Source of the DNA: Verrucomicrobia bacterium SCGC AAA164-E04
Lineage (GTDB): Bacteria; Verrucomicrobiota; Verrucomicrobiia; Limisphaerales; AAA164-E04
NCBI GenBank assembly: GCA_000383715.1
Contig: KB911862.1
Coordinates: forward strand, 27,132 to 91,131
Direction: 5' to 3'
DNA: 64,000 bases
The position numbers and the translations under genes are program-made. A model generated the notes under the pieces. The model was not told the origin of the DNA. It searched no databases and worked only from the letters and a program-made list of their open reading frames with translations. Shown here one piece after another: positions 63,094 through 64,000 of this stretch (its first letter is position 1; every line of letters begins with the position of its first letter).

Positions 63094-64000
63094 CTAAGGA
63101 CCTGCGCGAAAGAACTGCATTTCTTGAGAGGCTGGCTCCGAAAATGGGCTGGAGGCTCCTTCCACGGGCAACCATGGACCTTCGACTTGAGAAGCTTGTT
63201 GGAGCTGCCCAGTGTATTCCACCACAATCTGCCCGCCTTCCAGTCCCACTGAAACAATGGAGCCACCGGTCTCAGGCGCCATACCGGGGCGAATGATGAC
63301 ATCATCCAGCCCAGCCCAACCCCAGCCGCCGCTGTGACTATCGATAAAATCCAAGGTGTATTGAGCGCCTTCCTCAATCACTCCAGCCAAATCCTCTGAA
63401 GTAAGGATAATGGTTTCCCACGATTGACTCCCACTTTCAGAGCGACCATAAAAAGCCAGATAGTGACCTGTTTGATCATCTCGGAGGGCAACCCCAATAG
63501 CTCCGCCACCCCCGGATGCTTCCGGCAAACCGTTGGCATTGACCTCTTCGAGGTCAAATGTGGTATGCGCTCCGCCAATCAAGGCAAAAGAGATTTCTCC
63601 ATCACCAAACAGTGAAAATGGAGGAGATCGCAGCACCAGCGTTGCGTGAGCCTGGTCGCGCGTATTACCCCCATCGGGATCCTCAAAGGGCAGCGGACCC
63701 ACAAACGCTGGTGCGTTCAAGGGTACAGGTGGGACTGAATCGCCCACTGTGGGGTCGTTCACACTGATGACGCCAAGCTGTGTAGGGCCCGTTTCCGAAA
63801 TACCTTCCTGAGTCCAGCCTTGCAGGGTTTCATCATCGAAATTGTATTTCAAGATCGGGGTGCCTTCCTGAATGATGACATCATCCAATCCTGCCCACCC
63901 CCAGCCGCCGCTATGGGTATCAATAAAATCCAGCGTGTAGGTTTCCCCAAAAGTCACCACGCCCCGCAAATCCTCTTGATCAAGAATGATGGTTTCCCAT
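63094..64000 (-). CDS. Secreted repeat protein (5' end outside the window): tandem MAM/LamG-like beta-sandwich repeats ending ...HSGGWGWAGLDDVII, plus a C-terminal F(Y/F)R tail
   Basis: The frame stays open to the window edge; upstream of the track's TTG at 63969 it reads WETIILDQEDL... Two complete copies of ...YTLDFID(T/S)HSGGWGWAGLDDVII(Q/R)(E/P)G are visible, plus the tail of a further repeat unit at the window edge. The tail ends ...QEMQFFRAGP. Confidence 0.7.
   Translation of the reverse strand, partial: WETIILDQEDLRGVVTFGETYTLDFIDTHSGGWGWAGLDDVIIQEGTPILKYNFDDETLQGWTQEGISETGPTQLGVISVNDPTVGDSVPPVPLNAPAFVGPLPFEDPDGGNTRDQAHATLVLRSPPFSLFGDGEISFALIGGAHTTFDLEEVNANGLPEASGGGGAIGVALRDDQTGHYLAFYGRSESGSQSWETIILTSEDLAGVIEEGAQYTLDFIDSHSGGWGWAGLDDVIIRPGMAPETGGSIVSVGLEGGQIVVEYTGQLQQASQVEGPWLPVEGASSPFSEPASQEMQFFRAGP

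Noticed and set aside
1-64000. Searched by eye for tRNA/rRNA genes, transposases, integrases, phage modules, toxin-antitoxin pairs, restriction-modification systems and other known defence genes
   Set aside because: I found none. No T-loop-like GGTTCGAATCC motif lies in an intergenic region, and no DDE, tyrosine-recombinase, helicase-nuclease or similar signatures appear in any sizeable ORF. The window looks like core or accessory metabolic chromosome, not a mobile or defence island.

Overview
This 64-kb chromosomal window has the gene content of a PVC-superphylum bacterium, most likely a marine Verrucomicrobiota-like organism (by eye roughly 50% GC). Supporting content: three prepilin-type/DUF1559 genes, two Pirellula/Verrucomicrobium-type CxxCH heme-binding 'membrane-bound dehydrogenase' proteins, a TAT-DUF1501 plus DUF1549/DUF1553 pair, two formylglycine-type sulfatases, several esterases and two CotH kinases. 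I call about 40 intact CDS and three decayed genes: a CotH relic, a nitrilase-superfamily relic and an ECF sigma/anti-sigma relic. I saw no rRNA, tRNA, CRISPR array, transposase, integrase or phage genes. The most interesting region is 19.6-31.5 kb, an all-plus-strand, histidine-rich locus. It begins with a small His-rich anchored protein, a DUF1559 pseudopilin-like protein and a 1,038-aa secreted protein built from five ~185-aa tandem repeats, each carrying a (G/P)GH(S/F)HQNW(G/A)F motif. From memory this repeat resembles the actinobacterial 'anchored-repeat ABC transporter' surface domain. Downstream come a ZnuA/TroA-type binding protein, an ABC ATPase and permease, a fused 12-TM/spermidine-synthase-like protein, and a CDF exporter with a freshly duplicated His loop. 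I read this as a candidate, apparently undescribed, PVC-type surface metal (probably zinc) capture and uptake system. Other recurring themes are a ~60-aa C-terminal beta-sandwich tail ending in F(Y/F)R on five secreted proteins, a repeated cassette (small anchor, DUF1559, large secreted protein), two SGNH/GDSL domains with substituted catalytic residues, and a large fusion of heme-dehydrogenase, LamG and dimethylformamidase-like modules. All family assignments come from motifs read by eye and need HMM or BLAST confirmation.
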